Below, piece by piece: positions 47,560-55,884 of a stretch of 64,000 nucleotides of DNA; positions within the stretch are counted from its first letter, which is position 1, and every line of letters begins with the position of its first letter. Origin of the DNA: a virus (lineage: Duplodnaviria > Caudoviricetes); the IMG/VR virus record IMGVR_UViG_3300009159_000072, positions 276 to 64,275 of that record; one strand, 5' to 3'. The notes under the pieces were generated by a model, which saw only the letters and a program-made list of their open reading frames with translations, ran no database searches and was not told the DNA's origin. A program made the position numbers and the translations under genes.

Positions 47560-47735
47560 CTCAGGGATGGGAACATGGCGATAGTAACCATGTAAATAAC
47601 TATCACTAATTTAAGAACCCACCTTAGGGCTGTTTGATGCTACGGTAAAAGGCGTCCGGGCAATTGCACTGTCACCCGTTAGTTGTCCCTGTATTAAGTA
47701 AGCAGGACCCAGCTACGCTTTCGAGGTAGCTTTTT
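47560..47735 (+). ncRNA. Candidate structured RNA (multi-stem, two pseudoknots) upstream of hsp20
   Basis: Starts just after the late-type promoter ACTAAATA (47545-47552). At least five stems and two loop pairings can be drawn, ending in an AGCTAC/GTAGCT hairpin plus T-run. Confidence 0.55.
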
Positions 47736-47737
47736 AA

Positions 47738-47762
47738 CTTGCTTTTAAAGGAGAAATTTATG
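47738..47762 (+). promoter_or_regulatory. ROSE-like RNA thermometer hairpin sequestering the hsp20 SD
   Basis: CTTGCTT-TTA-AAGGAG: the UUGCU motif pairs with the SD leaving a bulged G, directly before a small heat-shock gene. Confidence 0.6.
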
Positions 47763-48248
47763 ACTAATCTAGGTCGTATTAATTTTGGACCATTGAGTCC
47801 AAGTACCGTTGGCTTTGAACGTTTTTTTGATGCGTTTGACCAACTCACCGTGGATAAAATTCCAACAAACACTTTTCCACCACATAACATTGTCAAAATT
47901 GATGACTATAATTACCAGATAGAACTGGCAGTTGCAGGCTTCAAGATTAGTGATATTGATATTGAGGTTTTAAAGGGTGAATTGACAATTTCAGGTAAAA
48001 GAACTGAATTAAGTGATAAGTATACTTATTTGCATCGTGGCATTGGTGCTCGATCATTTAAGAAGATTGTAAGACTCTCAGATTCTGTAAAAGTTGATGG
48101 AGCGACTTTGGAAGACGGAATTCTGACGGTCAAGCTACATAACATCATTCCAGAAGAAAATCAGCCAAAACGCATTCCAATCGTTTCCAGTGGTAATACT
48201 CAAGTATTCAATTCTGAATCCGGCAATAAAAAACTATTGCAAGAATAA
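47760..48248 (+). CDS. hsp20: Small heat shock protein Hsp20 (IbpA-like)
   Basis: VGF.RFFD, FPPHNIVK, IELAVAGF, YLHRGI..RSF and A.LEDGIL.V.L motifs. Confidence 0.93.
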   Translation: MTNLGRINFGPLSPSTVGFERFFDAFDQLTVDKIPTNTFPPHNIVKIDDYNYQIELAVAGFKISDIDIEVLKGELTISGKRTELSDKYTYLHRGIGARSFKKIVRLSDSVKVDGATLEDGILTVKLHNIIPEENQPKRIPIVSSGNTQVFNSESGNKKLLQE

Positions 48249-48251
48249 TTG

Positions 48252-48280
48252 TTGACTTTTCTGCCTTTCCGTGTTATAAT
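48252..48280 (+). promoter_or_regulatory. Sigma70-type promoter
   Basis: TTGACT-17 nt-TATAAT with an extended TG. Confidence 0.7.
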
Positions 48281-48299
48281 AAACATAGAAAGGTAGATT

Positions 48300-48542
48300 A
48301 TGAACAATGCTTTTTTGAGAAAATTGGCGTCAGATGACTTGCGTGAGACTTTGATGTTTTGTGGATTGGTGGATTCTCCAAACTGTAAAACAAAATCAGT
48401 TGACAGTAAAGGGAAAACACGATACGTTTTCAATACGTATATTGGTGATATTATCGTTTATGGACATAATTCAATCTATATAAAGGGTAAGAGATTCCCC
48501 TCCATGAATCAAGTGAAATATGAATTGATCAAATATTTATGA
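48300..48542 (+). CDS. Hypothetical protein
   Basis: 80-aa ORF following a promoter and SD. Confidence 0.6.
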   Translation: MNNAFLRKLASDDLRETLMFCGLVDSPNCKTKSVDSKGKTRYVFNTYIGDIIVYGHNSIYIKGKRFPSMNQVKYELIKYL

Positions 48543-49459
48543 AAATCGCTCTAGCATCGGACGTCCATTTGGAATTTGGACGCCTCGAATTATTTAATGA
48601 TGAGAACGCGGACGTTCTAGTTTTGTCTGGTGATATTTGCACAGCAAATGATCTAAATGACCGTGATATCCATGGCATTATGGGTGAAAATACACGTAGC
48701 AATATGTACCATACATTTTTCCAAGAATGTTCAGAACGTTTTCCTCATGTTGTTTATGTTGCAGGTAACCATGAACACTATAATGGTGACTACGCAATAA
48801 CTTTGCCAAGATTAAAAGAGAAACTTGGCTACCTAAAAAATCTACACATCCTCGATAAAGAACATATCGAGTTGGATGATTACGTTTTTGTTGGTGGTAC
48901 TTTGTGGACAGATATGAATAAAGAAGATGCTTTAACTTTATATAATATCAAGGATATGATGAACGACTTTCGAATTGTAAAAAATTCGAATTCAACTGGA
49001 TCACATAAAGTTCCTATCTACAAAAAAGATTCTGATGGAAATTATTTTAAAAATGAAAATGGTTTTAACGTTATTGACCATTACGAATTTGAAACATTTA
49101 TTCCTAGATTTAATCCAGAAGATGCTGTTAAAGATCATTATAAAATGATGGATTATCTAAAAATAATCATTGATACTTTGGGCAAAGAACGTAAATATAT
49201 TGTGTGTGGTCATCATTCTCCATCTAAAGTATCTACTAAACCTCAATATGAAAAAGAGGTTCTGATGAATGGTGCATATTCTTCCGACTTGTCTGAATTT
49301 ATTTTGGATCGTCCTTGTATCAAACTGTGGACGCACGGACACACACATCATATTTTTGATTATATGATTGGTTCAACTAGAATCGTATGTAATCCTCGTG
49401 GTTATGTTGGTTATGAAGTTAATCCTGGCGATTTCAATTTAACATATCTTGAAGTATGA
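48539..49459 (+). CDS. Calcineurin-like metallophosphoesterase
   Basis: SDVHLE, LSGDI, AGNHEHY, HHSP, HGHTH and NPRGY motifs. Confidence 0.9.
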   Translation: MKIALASDVHLEFGRLELFNDENADVLVLSGDICTANDLNDRDIHGIMGENTRSNMYHTFFQECSERFPHVVYVAGNHEHYNGDYAITLPRLKEKLGYLKNLHILDKEHIELDDYVFVGGTLWTDMNKEDALTLYNIKDMMNDFRIVKNSNSTGSHKVPIYKKDSDGNYFKNENGFNVIDHYEFETFIPRFNPEDAVKDHYKMMDYLKIIIDTLGKERKYIVCGHHSPSKVSTKPQYEKEVLMNGAYSSDLSEFILDRPCIKLWTHGHTHHIFDYMIGSTRIVCNPRGYVGYEVNPGDFNLTYLEV

Positions 49460-49851
49460 TTGATTGTTTAATTATGGGTGATAGTATTGCTGTTGGTGTT
49501 TCACAACAACGACCTGAATGTATTGTTCAGGCTGTTGTTGGCATTACCAGCAAAAAATGGAATATTACATATAACGGACAAAAACATGAGGCTAAGACTG
49601 CAATTATTAGTCTTAGTACCAATGATTTTTCTGGTATTGACACACGAAGAGAACTTACTGATTTGCGTAAACAGGTTATTGCTGAGAAAGTTTTTTGGGT
49701 GATGCCTGCAAGATTCAATAGTGTTTTTCATATTGTACAAAAAATTGCTAGTGAGAATGGCGATAAATTCTTAATTTCCGCACATCTTTCTCCTGATGGT
49801 ATACATCCAACAACTAAAGGATATCGCCTTCTTGCGGAACAAACCAAATGA
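49456..49851 (+). CDS. SGNH/GDSL hydrolase-like protein
   Basis: GDSIA, SLSTND and DGIHP...GY motifs. Confidence 0.8.
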   Translation: MIDCLIMGDSIAVGVSQQRPECIVQAVVGITSKKWNITYNGQKHEAKTAIISLSTNDFSGIDTRRELTDLRKQVIAEKVFWVMPARFNSVFHIVQKIASENGDKFLISAHLSPDGIHPTTKGYRLLAEQTK

Positions 49852-50279
49852 AAGAAAAGTTTATTGAAGCATACATGCAAACAGCAGAGACATTTGCAAA
49901 GCTTAGTTCCGCACGTAGATTACATGTTGGTGCAATTGTGGTCAAAGATGACCGCATCATCTCTATTGGTTATAATGGTATGCCAAGCGGTTGGGACAAC
50001 AACTGTGAAGAAGAACTTAAATGGCCCAATGGTGAAATTAGATATTTAAAATCCAAACCAGAAGTACTCCATGCTGAAACGAATGCAATTGCTAAATTGG
50101 CTAGGTCTACAGAATCTGGATTGGGAGCTAGTCTTTTTGTTACTCATGCGCCGTGTTTAGACTGTGCTAAGTTGGTGTATCAGTCTGGCATCAATTCTGT
50201 GTATTACCGAGAATCTTATCGTTCCGATGATGGGATTAATTTTTTATTGAAAGCTGGAGTTGAGGTAAATAAATTATGA
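49848..50279 (+). CDS. cd: dCMP deaminase
   Basis: VGA.VVKD.RIIS.GYNG, HAETNAI and PCLDC motifs. Confidence 0.92.
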   Translation: MKEKFIEAYMQTAETFAKLSSARRLHVGAIVVKDDRIISIGYNGMPSGWDNNCEEELKWPNGEIRYLKSKPEVLHAETNAIAKLARSTESGLGASLFVTHAPCLDCAKLVYQSGINSVYYRESYRSDDGINFLLKAGVEVNKL

Positions 50280-50623
50280 AAGACCGTAGAAATTTTTTAA
50301 AGGGTGCAGGTATTATCTCTGCATTTGTTGTGGGTGCAGCATCTTATAAACAAGTGAAGGAAATGGCTGAATCGAACCAAGATATTAGTCACTTAGCACC
50401 ACCTGAAGGTGCAACAACACTACAGATTACTGGTAGCTATGGTAAACCTGTGACGCCATGGCGGATAACGCCACCTATTACTGCAACAAATGAATATGGA
50501 ATGTATTCATTTGCGCCCATGTATTCTACACCAACAAACTCTGTTACTATGACTGTTGGTAAAGATGATCGTCTATGGATTAAAATTAATGAGGAGTGGA
50601 AACGTGTCGCAATTGAAGGATAA
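50276..50623 (+). CDS. Hypothetical protein with a twin-arginine (Tat)-like N-terminus
   Basis: MKDRRNFLKGAGIISAFVVGAAS. Confidence 0.65.
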   Translation: MKDRRNFLKGAGIISAFVVGAASYKQVKEMAESNQDISHLAPPEGATTLQITGSYGKPVTPWRITPPITATNEYGMYSFAPMYSTPTNSVTMTVGKDDRLWIKINEEWKRVAIEG

Positions 50624-51131
50624 AAACTATATTGGTAATGTTGTTGAAATTTGTGAAAATGGCGATGCCATTTTAGAACTTCCTGACGATTTATTATCTG
50701 AAATGGGCTGGGGTGAAGGCACCAGATTAAACATTGAAAATAAAAATGGAGGAATAATTTTGTCTGAGTTGAAAACTGAAATGAATAAAGACGTAAATAC
50801 TTTTATTGAAGCGTGTGACCAAGTTTCTTCACCCGAGAACGTTAGTCTCTACAGAAATCTTATTAATGAAGAGTACTGGGAATTTCAAAATGCATTGAAA
50901 GCCAAAGATGATGTGGAACAACTTGATGCATGTATGGACATGATTTGGGTTATTCTGGGTTATTGTAAAATGAAAGGTTTTGATGTTGATGGAGCATGGG
51001 CAGAAGTTGCACGAAGTAACTTAGCCAAAATTAATTCTGAAACAGGCAAAGTTATCAAGCGCAATGACGGCAAAGTTTTAAAACCTGAAGGATGGACGCC
51101 TCCAGTACTTGACACTTTCGTTCAAAAGTGA
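50604..51131 (+). CDS. AbrB/SpoVT-like domain fused to a MazG-like/PRA-PH-like NTP pyrophosphohydrolase
   Basis: GTG start after GAGGAG; N-terminal D.IL.LP...L..MGW.EG..L; C-terminal LI.EEY.E, D.VE.LDA..D..WV, W.EV.RSN..K and DGKVLKP.GW. Confidence 0.75.
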   Translation: MSQLKDKNYIGNVVEICENGDAILELPDDLLSEMGWGEGTRLNIENKNGGIILSELKTEMNKDVNTFIEACDQVSSPENVSLYRNLINEEYWEFQNALKAKDDVEQLDACMDMIWVILGYCKMKGFDVDGAWAEVARSNLAKINSETGKVIKRNDGKVLKPEGWTPPVLDTFVQK

Positions 51132-51137
51132 TACAAT
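51109..51137 (+). promoter_or_regulatory. Sigma70-type promoter
   Basis: TTGACA-17 nt-TACAAT with an extended TG; an ATG follows 5 nt after the -10 box. Confidence 0.65.
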
Positions 51138-51142
51138 ACATT

Positions 51143-51418
51143 ATGAACGATGATACACGGGAAATACTTTTAATACTCCAAGAAGAATGTGCTGAAGTTA
51201 GTCAAGCCATCAGCAAATGTTTCCGATTTGGACCTGATCAAATTAAACCTGGCAAAGAACAAACTAACATTCAACACCTTCAAGAAGAACTTGGTGATGT
51301 ACTAGCCATGATTGACTTGTTGGTAAAGAAAAATGTTGGTGTAGAAACCGTTGGCCTCTTAAATGCCAAAGTACAAAAAATTGAAAAACTTAAACAATGG
51401 AGCAATATCGCACTATGA
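51143..51418 (+). CDS. MazG-like NTP pyrophosphohydrolase
   Basis: LQEECAEV.QA.SK..RFG and L.EELGDVLAMI motifs. Confidence 0.8.
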   Translation: MNDDTREILLILQEECAEVSQAISKCFRFGPDQIKPGKEQTNIQHLQEELGDVLAMIDLLVKKNVGVETVGLLNAKVQKIEKLKQWSNIAL

Positions 51419-51645
51419 ATCCTTCTAAAATTGCATTCCTGTTGGCTCAGAAAATGAACCTGCGGGCCTATAAATATGACTTGTTCCTACGCGAGTATGA
51501 TAACATGGTCGAGTTGGTCGGTTTGGTAAACGACCCAACACAAAACATGGAAGATTTCCGTGGTCGTGAAATGCTTTTCCCTAAGAAATGGGTAACGCTT
51601 AAAACCTTCTTTGCGGAAGAAAAAGTTGAAAGGTTGCTGGCATGA
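51415..51645 (+). CDS. Hypothetical protein
   Basis: ATG overlaps the upstream TGA and its stop overlaps the next start. Confidence 0.6.
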   Translation: MNPSKIAFLLAQKMNLRAYKYDLFLREYDNMVELVGLVNDPTQNMEDFRGREMLFPKKWVTLKTFFAEEKVERLLA

Positions 51646-51941
51646 AGCTAAGACTCATCACATTTAAAACTAACCAGACAGTTCTGGGTACTGTATCTGA
51701 AGAGAGTCCTGAATTTATTATTATGGAAAAACCTGTACAGGTTATTGTACAGCCGACCAAAGATGGTCCAATGATGGGATTCTCCCCTTTCTTAGAATAC
51801 TCTGAAGAATTCAATACGGGTATTAACTTTAAATCTGAAGACATTCTATGTGTTACGACTCCCGTTACTGAACTTCAAAATCAGTACAGCCAAATGTTTG
51901 GATCAGGCATTCAAATCGCATCATCTATTCCAAAATATTAA
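51642..51941 (+). CDS. Conserved hypothetical T4-like protein preceding DNA polymerase
   Basis: GFSPFL.Y and L.NQY..MFGSGI motifs; located just before gp43. Confidence 0.7.
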   Translation: MKLRLITFKTNQTVLGTVSEESPEFIIMEKPVQVIVQPTKDGPMMGFSPFLEYSEEFNTGINFKSEDILCVTTPVTELQNQYSQMFGSGIQIASSIPKY

Positions 51942-54487
51942 TGAATAACTTTTACACAAGTGTAATTTGTGTAGGTAACAACATCCTTTATCGGGGTGTT
52001 GAAAATGGTCGGCGTGTTAAGCTAAAGATTGGCTACACGCCGACTATGTTTTTGCCTTCTCAAAAAGTTACATCATGGAAGAACCTTCAAGGTGAATCAC
52101 TTGAAGAGATTAAACTCGGTTCGATCCGTGAATGTAGAGATTTTATTAAACGTTACGAGGAAGTAGACAACTTTAAAATCTATGGAAATACACGCTACGA
52201 ATATGCCTATATTGCTGATGAGTTCAAAGGAATGGTCGAATGGGACCAAAGCAAAATCCGAATCGGTATCATTGATATTGAGGTCGGTTCAGAAAATGGC
52301 TTTCCTGACCCATACAAAGCAAATGAGCCAATCACCGCAATTGCCCTCAAAATCTTAGATGGCAGTATGTTTGTTTATGGTTGCGGTGAATTCAACAACT
52401 ATGATGACAACGTAACATATTTTAAATGCCGTGATGAATATGACCTGTGTAAAAAGTTCATTGCAGATTGGTATGAAAATCCACCAGATATTCTAACTGG
52501 CTGGAACACCAAGTTTTTCGATATTCCATATTTGGTTAATCGTTTTGAAAAGATTGTCGGCTCCGATGTGATGAAGAAGTTATCTCCTTGGGGCATTATC
52601 AATGAACGTAAGACAAACATTCGTGGTCGTGAAATGATTGCTTATGAAATTTATGGTATTGCATCATTAGACTATATTGAACTGTATAAATGGTATGCGC
52701 CAGGTGGTAAATCACAAGAATCATACCGATTGGATAACATTGCTAACGTTGAGTTGGGCGAAAGTAAACTATCTTATGATGAGTTTGATAACCTACACCA
52801 GTTGTATCGCCTGAATTACCAAAAGTTTATTGAATACAACATCAAAGACGTTGAGTTGATTGTTAAACTTGAAGGTAAGTTGAAGTTGATTGAATTGGCT
52901 TTGACTCTTGCATATGATACAAAATCCAATTATGAAGATGTGTTTGCACAGACCCGAATGTGGGATGCTATCATTTATGGTTACTTGTTAGAAAGAAACA
53001 TCGTTGTTCCTCCACGAGAAATCAGCGATAAAGATGGTCGTTTCGAAGGTGCTTATGTTAAAGAACCACAAGTTGGTCTACATGATTGGGTTGCCTCGTT
53101 TGACTTGAATTCGCTGTACCCGCATTTGATGATGCAATACAATATTTCTCCTGAGACATTGATTGATCCGAGCATGTACACTTCAGAGATGCGTCAGATT
53201 ATATCTGATGGAGTAACCGTTGATAAATTGTTGTTTAAGTCACTTAATCTATCAAATATGAGTGGTGTGACTTTAACTCCTAATGGTCAATTCTTTCGAA
53301 CTGATGTACATGGCTTTGTGCCTAAAATGCTGGAAGAGATGTACAATGACCGTAAGAAATTTAAGAAGATAATGCTTGTCGCCAAACAAGACTATGAGAA
53401 TGAAAAAAATTCAGTCAAACGAATCGAACTTGAAAATAGAATTGCTAGGTATGACAACTTGCAGTTAGCTAAGAAAGTTTCTTTGAATTCTGCATATGGT
53501 GCCATGGGTTCACAATACTTCCGATTTTATGACTTACGTATTGCCCTTGCTGTTACTTCTGCTGGTCAATTATCTATTCGTTGGATTGAAAATAAATTGA
53601 ACGGCTATATGAACAAGTTACTTGGTTCATCCGATATTGATTATGTGATTGCATCAGATACAGATTCTATTTACTTACGTTTATCTGAATTGGTGAACAA
53701 AGTTTATGGCGTAGATGGTGTCGTAAAAATGCCAACTCAAAAGGTTATAGAATTTATGGACAGAGTTTGTGAAGACAAATTACAACCATTTATTGATAGG
53801 TCTTATGAAGAATTGGCTAATTATGTGAATGCATTTGACCAGAAGATGCAAATGAAACGTGAAGGTCTTTCTAATAAAGGTATCTGGACAGCTAAGAAAA
53901 GGTACATTCTAAACGTTTATAATAATGAAGGAGTTCAGTATAATGAGCCTCACTTGAAAGTTATGGGTTTAGAGATGGTTAAATCTTCTACTCCTTCCGC
54001 TATTCGCATTAAGATGAAAGAAGCCATTCGTCTTATGGTGACAGGTACTGAAGATGATGTTCAGAAATTTATCTTTGATTTCCGTGAACAGTTTAAGAAA
54101 TTACCTCCTGAAGAAATTTCTTTCCCACGTTCAGTTAATGGATTGAAGACTTATTCTAATTCGTCTAGCATTTATATTAAGGGTAGCCCTATACATGTGA
54201 AGGGTGCTTTGCTATATAATTATTTACTGAAGAAACATAATTTGGATAAAAAATATCCAATTATTCAAGAAGGTGAGAAGCTAAAATTCACTTACCTGAA
54301 ACAACCTAATCCTTTGAGTGATACGGTAATTTCGTATCCTTCTCGCTTACCCACTGAGTTTGGGCTTGACAATTACATAGATTATGATTTACAATTCGAT
54401 AAGGCTTTCCTTGAACCAATCAAAATCATCCTTGATTGTATGAACTGGCAAGCTGAAAAAACAAACTCCTTAGATGATTTCTTCTAA
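51941..54487 (+). CDS. gp43: Family B DNA polymerase gp43
   Basis: DIEV exonuclease motif, SFDLNSLYP, K..LNS.YG, DTDS and KKRY motifs. Confidence 0.98.
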   Translation: MNNFYTSVICVGNNILYRGVENGRRVKLKIGYTPTMFLPSQKVTSWKNLQGESLEEIKLGSIRECRDFIKRYEEVDNFKIYGNTRYEYAYIADEFKGMVEWDQSKIRIGIIDIEVGSENGFPDPYKANEPITAIALKILDGSMFVYGCGEFNNYDDNVTYFKCRDEYDLCKKFIADWYENPPDILTGWNTKFFDIPYLVNRFEKIVGSDVMKKLSPWGIINERKTNIRGREMIAYEIYGIASLDYIELYKWYAPGGKSQESYRLDNIANVELGESKLSYDEFDNLHQLYRLNYQKFIEYNIKDVELIVKLEGKLKLIELALTLAYDTKSNYEDVFAQTRMWDAIIYGYLLERNIVVPPREISDKDGRFEGAYVKEPQVGLHDWVASFDLNSLYPHLMMQYNISPETLIDPSMYTSEMRQIISDGVTVDKLLFKSLNLSNMSGVTLTPNGQFFRTDVHGFVPKMLEEMYNDRKKFKKIMLVAKQDYENEKNSVKRIELENRIARYDNLQLAKKVSLNSAYGAMGSQYFRFYDLRIALAVTSAGQLSIRWIENKLNGYMNKLLGSSDIDYVIASDTDSIYLRLSELVNKVYGVDGVVKMPTQKVIEFMDRVCEDKLQPFIDRSYEELANYVNAFDQKMQMKREGLSNKGIWTAKKRYILNVYNNEGVQYNEPHLKVMGLEMVKSSTPSAIRIKMKEAIRLMVTGTEDDVQKFIFDFREQFKKLPPEEISFPRSVNGLKTYSNSSSIYIKGSPIHVKGALLYNYLLKKHNLDKKYPIIQEGEKLKFTYLKQPNPLSDTVISYPSRLPTEFGLDNYIDYDLQFDKAFLEPIKIILDCMNWQAEKTNSLDDFF

Positions 54488-54521
54488 TATGACACACATA
54501 CAATATACATGAAAGGTTATT

Positions 54522-55574
54522 ATGAGCTTACTGGACAAAATTAAAAAGAACTCTACAATTAAAGATTCCGCAATTCTTTCAAAGTCTAAGTTTTTCAATG
54601 AGAAGGATATGATTTCAACATCTATTCCTATGATTAACGTAGCATTATCAGGAAGACTTGATGGTGGTCTAACACCAGGACTTACCATGTGGGCAGGTCC
54701 TTCTAAACACTTTAAGACTGCGTTTAGCTTGTTGATGGCTAAATCTTACATGGAGAAATATCCAGAATCTGTATTGTTGTTTTATGATTCTGAATTTGGT
54801 ACTCCAAAATCATACTTTGAGACTTTCAACATTGATATGGAGAGAGTTTTACATACTCCATTAACCGATATTGAACAGTTGAAGTTTGATATTATGAAAC
54901 AACTAGAAGGTATTGACCGTAGCGACCGAGTAATGATTTTGGTTGATTCTATTGGTAACTTGGCTTCTAAGAAAGAAGTAGAAGATGCACTTGAAGGTAA
55001 GTCTGTTGCTGATATGTCACGTGCAAAACAAGTAAAGAGTTTATTCCGTATGGTTACTCCACATCTATCACTTAAAGATATTCCAATGGTGGTTGTTAAC
55101 CATACATATAAAACAATGGAATTATATTCAAAAGATGTTGTTGGTGGTGGAACAGGTTCTTATTACTCTGCTGATAATATTTTCATCTTGGGTCGCCAAC
55201 AAGAAAAAGAAGGTACCGAAATTATTGGTTATAACTTTATTATCAACGTTGAGAAATCTCGTTATGTTAAAGAGAAATCTAAGATTCCTGTTAATGTATT
55301 GTTTGATGGCGGCATTAGCAAATATTCTGGTTTGATGGATGTAGCACTCGAAGGTAAATTTGTTACTAAGCCTAGCAATGGTTGGTATGCTAAAGTTGAT
55401 CAATCAACTGGTGAAGTTGGTGAAAAATATCGCCTTACTGATACACTGAGTCCTGAATTCTGGAACGATTTGCTGGCTGATAATGGATTTAAAGAATATG
55501 TGAGAAAAAAATATGAAATCGCTTATGGAAACATTATGGGAACTTCTGAAGTTTTGGAAGAAATCGAAGAATAA
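54522..55574 (+). CDS. uvsX: RecA-like recombinase UvsX
   Basis: AGPSKHFKT, FYDSEFG, DSIGNLASKKE and GGTG.YYSAD motifs. Confidence 0.96.
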   Translation: MSLLDKIKKNSTIKDSAILSKSKFFNEKDMISTSIPMINVALSGRLDGGLTPGLTMWAGPSKHFKTAFSLLMAKSYMEKYPESVLLFYDSEFGTPKSYFETFNIDMERVLHTPLTDIEQLKFDIMKQLEGIDRSDRVMILVDSIGNLASKKEVEDALEGKSVADMSRAKQVKSLFRMVTPHLSLKDIPMVVVNHTYKTMELYSKDVVGGGTGSYYSADNIFILGRQQEKEGTEIIGYNFIINVEKSRYVKEKSKIPVNVLFDGGISKYSGLMDVALEGKFVTKPSNGWYAKVDQSTGEVGEKYRLTDTLSPEFWNDLLADNGFKEYVRKKYEIAYGNIMGTSEVLEEIEE

Positions 55575-55884
55575 ACTTAAAGAAGGTATCGATTTTAAGT
55601 TCTACGATTTTGCTGATTCGGACTTGAGGGGTATAGTTCTTCTAACAGGAGAATATGCCGATGTTCTATTTTATTATACGAACGCAAGTATTGCTGAAGA
55701 AGGCATGGGTGCTAGACTGAAATTCGGTTATCAAGTTGTGAATTCAGGCAAATACACCAGAGAAGCATTGCAAACAGATGATAATTTTGTTACAATGCTA
55801 GGTGATTTGTTAACAAATATTATTTTAATGGATGGTAAATTTGAATCGCCTAGAACTTTCTATTCTGAAGAATCTAATCTATAA
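55513..55884 (+). CDS. Hypothetical protein at the position of T4 gp40 (between uvsX and gp41); start uncertain
   Basis: Gene order only; overlaps the neighbouring genes. Confidence 0.55.
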   Translation: MKSLMETLWELLKFWKKSKNKLKEGIDFKFYDFADSDLRGIVLLTGEYADVLFYYTNASIAEEGMGARLKFGYQVVNSGKYTREALQTDDNFVTMLGDLLTNIILMDGKFESPRTFYSEESNL

